A stretch of 54,581 nucleotides of DNA from a virus. Lineage: Duplodnaviria; Caudoviricetes. Position numbers and translations under genes: made by a program. The notes below the pieces were generated by a model, which saw only the letters and a program-made list of their open reading frames with translations, made no database searches and was not told the origin of the DNA. How positions within the stretch are numbered: position 1 is the first letter of the stretch; each line of letters opens with the position of its first letter. This document shows, in pieces, positions 53,495 through 54,581 of the stretch. The stretch covers positions 1 through 54,581 of IMG/VR virus record IMGVR_UViG_3300023093_000003; one strand, written 5' to 3'.

Positions 53495-54401
53495 GAATAG
53501 CGCGATCGAATGGACCGACAGCACCGTTAATTTTTGGTGGGGCTGCACCAAGGTCGGCCCCGGCTGCGACCATTGCTACGCCGAGGCGTGGGCAAAGCGC
53601 ACCGGGCTGGCTTGGGGCCTTGGCACCGCACGCCGCCAGATCAAGAGCGCGGTCAAGCTGCTCTACAAGCTCCACAACGGGGCATCGTGGTGGGCAGCCG
53701 ACCACTATATCGGCAAGTTCGTAGCGACACCGCGCCGACGGGTCTTCATTCAATCTATGTCTGACCTGTTCGACACCGAAGTTCCGATCGAATGGCTGTC
53801 GGAGGCGTGGCAACATATCTGCGCCTGCGACGCGCTGGCGATACAGATCGTCACGAAGCGCATCTCAGTCGTCGAGAAGCGGTTGGCGTCGATCAACGCG
53901 GCGTGGCCGGCTCACGCGGGCCTGATGGTCTCCATCGTCGATCAATCGGAAGCCGATCGAGATATTCCTCGCCTGATCGCACTCAAGAAGGCCATTGGCA
54001 TTCCGTGGATTGGCCTGTCGATGGAGCCGCTGCTTGGCGCTGTCGTGCTTCGCGACGAATGGCTCGCCGCGCTAGACTGGATCATCGTTGGCGGTGAGAG
54101 CGGCGCACACGCGCGGCCGATGCACCCTGACTGGGCGCGGAGCCTGCGCGATCAGTGCGCCGCTGCCAGCGTGCCGTTCCTGTTCAAGCAATGGGGCGAA
54201 TACGCGCCATACGACGGCGGCGCGCGCGATGGTGCGTGGCTTGACCCAGACGGGCATTTCTATGGTGGCCCGACGAATTGGCCACCTGAAGCCGGCGAGC
54301 GATGTCGCTTCATGTGTCGGGTCGGCAAGAAAGCCGCCGGTCGCCTGCTCGACGGCGTGCAGCACGACGGGATTCCGAAAACGACAGAGGTGGCGCGATG
54401 A
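53487..54401 (+). CDS. Phage Gp37/Gp68 (DUF5131) family protein
   Basis: S.IEWTD.T.N.W.GC.KV.PGC.HCYA, F..SMSDLF, S.EPLLG, WII.GGESG..ARPM and F.FKQWG motifs. Confidence 0.92.
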   Translation: MAENSAIEWTDSTVNFWWGCTKVGPGCDHCYAEAWAKRTGLAWGLGTARRQIKSAVKLLYKLHNGASWWAADHYIGKFVATPRRRVFIQSMSDLFDTEVPIEWLSEAWQHICACDALAIQIVTKRISVVEKRLASINAAWPAHAGLMVSIVDQSEADRDIPRLIALKKAIGIPWIGLSMEPLLGAVVLRDEWLAALDWIIVGGESGAHARPMHPDWARSLRDQCAAASVPFLFKQWGEYAPYDGGARDGAWLDPDGHFYGGPTNWPPEAGERCRFMCRVGKKAAGRLLDGVQHDGIPKTTEVAR

Positions 54402-54581
54402 GTGGCTTAAAGATCGGTCGATACGACCGCGCCGTCGAGGTCCAAGGGCCGCGAGCCTATGAGATCCGCACCGGCGAACGCTATCTGCATGGGCTGGAAG
54501 ATGGCGAGATCCGTTGCTGGCCGGAATACCATCTCTTTATCATCGACGAGCGCACCGGCTCCGTGATGATCGAAGGCGCCT
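54398..54581 (+). CDS. 5' part of the ORF that continues at 1..638
   Basis: MSGLKIGRYDRAVEVQGPRAYEIRTG... is in frame across the terminal repeat. Confidence 0.8.
   Translation, partial: MSGLKIGRYDRAVEVQGPRAYEIRTGERYLHGLEDGEIRCWPEYHLFIIDERTGSVMIEGA
54453..54578. repeat. Terminal direct repeat (contig overlap), copy 2
   Basis: Identical to 1-126. Confidence 0.97.

Noticed and set aside
52779-53497. GTGGCTGAGA at three consecutive gene junctions as a cassette repeat
   Set aside because: It is only 10 bp and is largely dictated by the common 8-nt GTGGCTGA start/stop overlap, which also occurs at 39410 and 47058.

Overview
The window looks like one complete, circularly assembled temperate siphophage genome of about 54,452 bp: bases 1-126 recur at 54453-54578, and an ORF runs across that join. 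The host is probably alphaproteobacterial, inferred from phage-borne GapR and MucR homologs; Sphingomonadaceae is only a guess. The layout is lambdoid. A cI/cro switch with five operator-like boxes sits at 49.0-50.1 kb. A + strand early arm (50.1 kb through the join to 12.6 kb) carries xis/int, an attP made of the 3' half of tRNA-Asn(GTT), and about 40 small translationally coupled genes. A - strand arm (49.3 kb down to 12.6 kb) carries cro, a cII-like gene, an amino-MTase, a DnaN-like clamp, GapR, a replication initiator with iterons, HNH/TerS/TerL, an HK97-type head with the portal after the capsid, a long non-contractile tail, tail spikes and a GH19 lysis cassette. The most notable items are: (1) a C5 DNA methyltransferase written in two fully overlapping reading frames (M.EcoHK31I-like alpha/beta), both broken by the same single-base loss; (2) an attP 1.6 kb from int that would cut a 6-kb cargo array off its operon on integration; (3) repeated gene-junction and domain-linker sequences in that array, suggesting modular shuffling; (4) orphan TGT/DpdA-like, 2OG-Fe(II), cupin and DUF5131 enzymes; (5) a structured leader that appears to sequester the start of a GIY-YIG endonuclease. 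All product calls come from motif recognition and synteny; no database searches were run.
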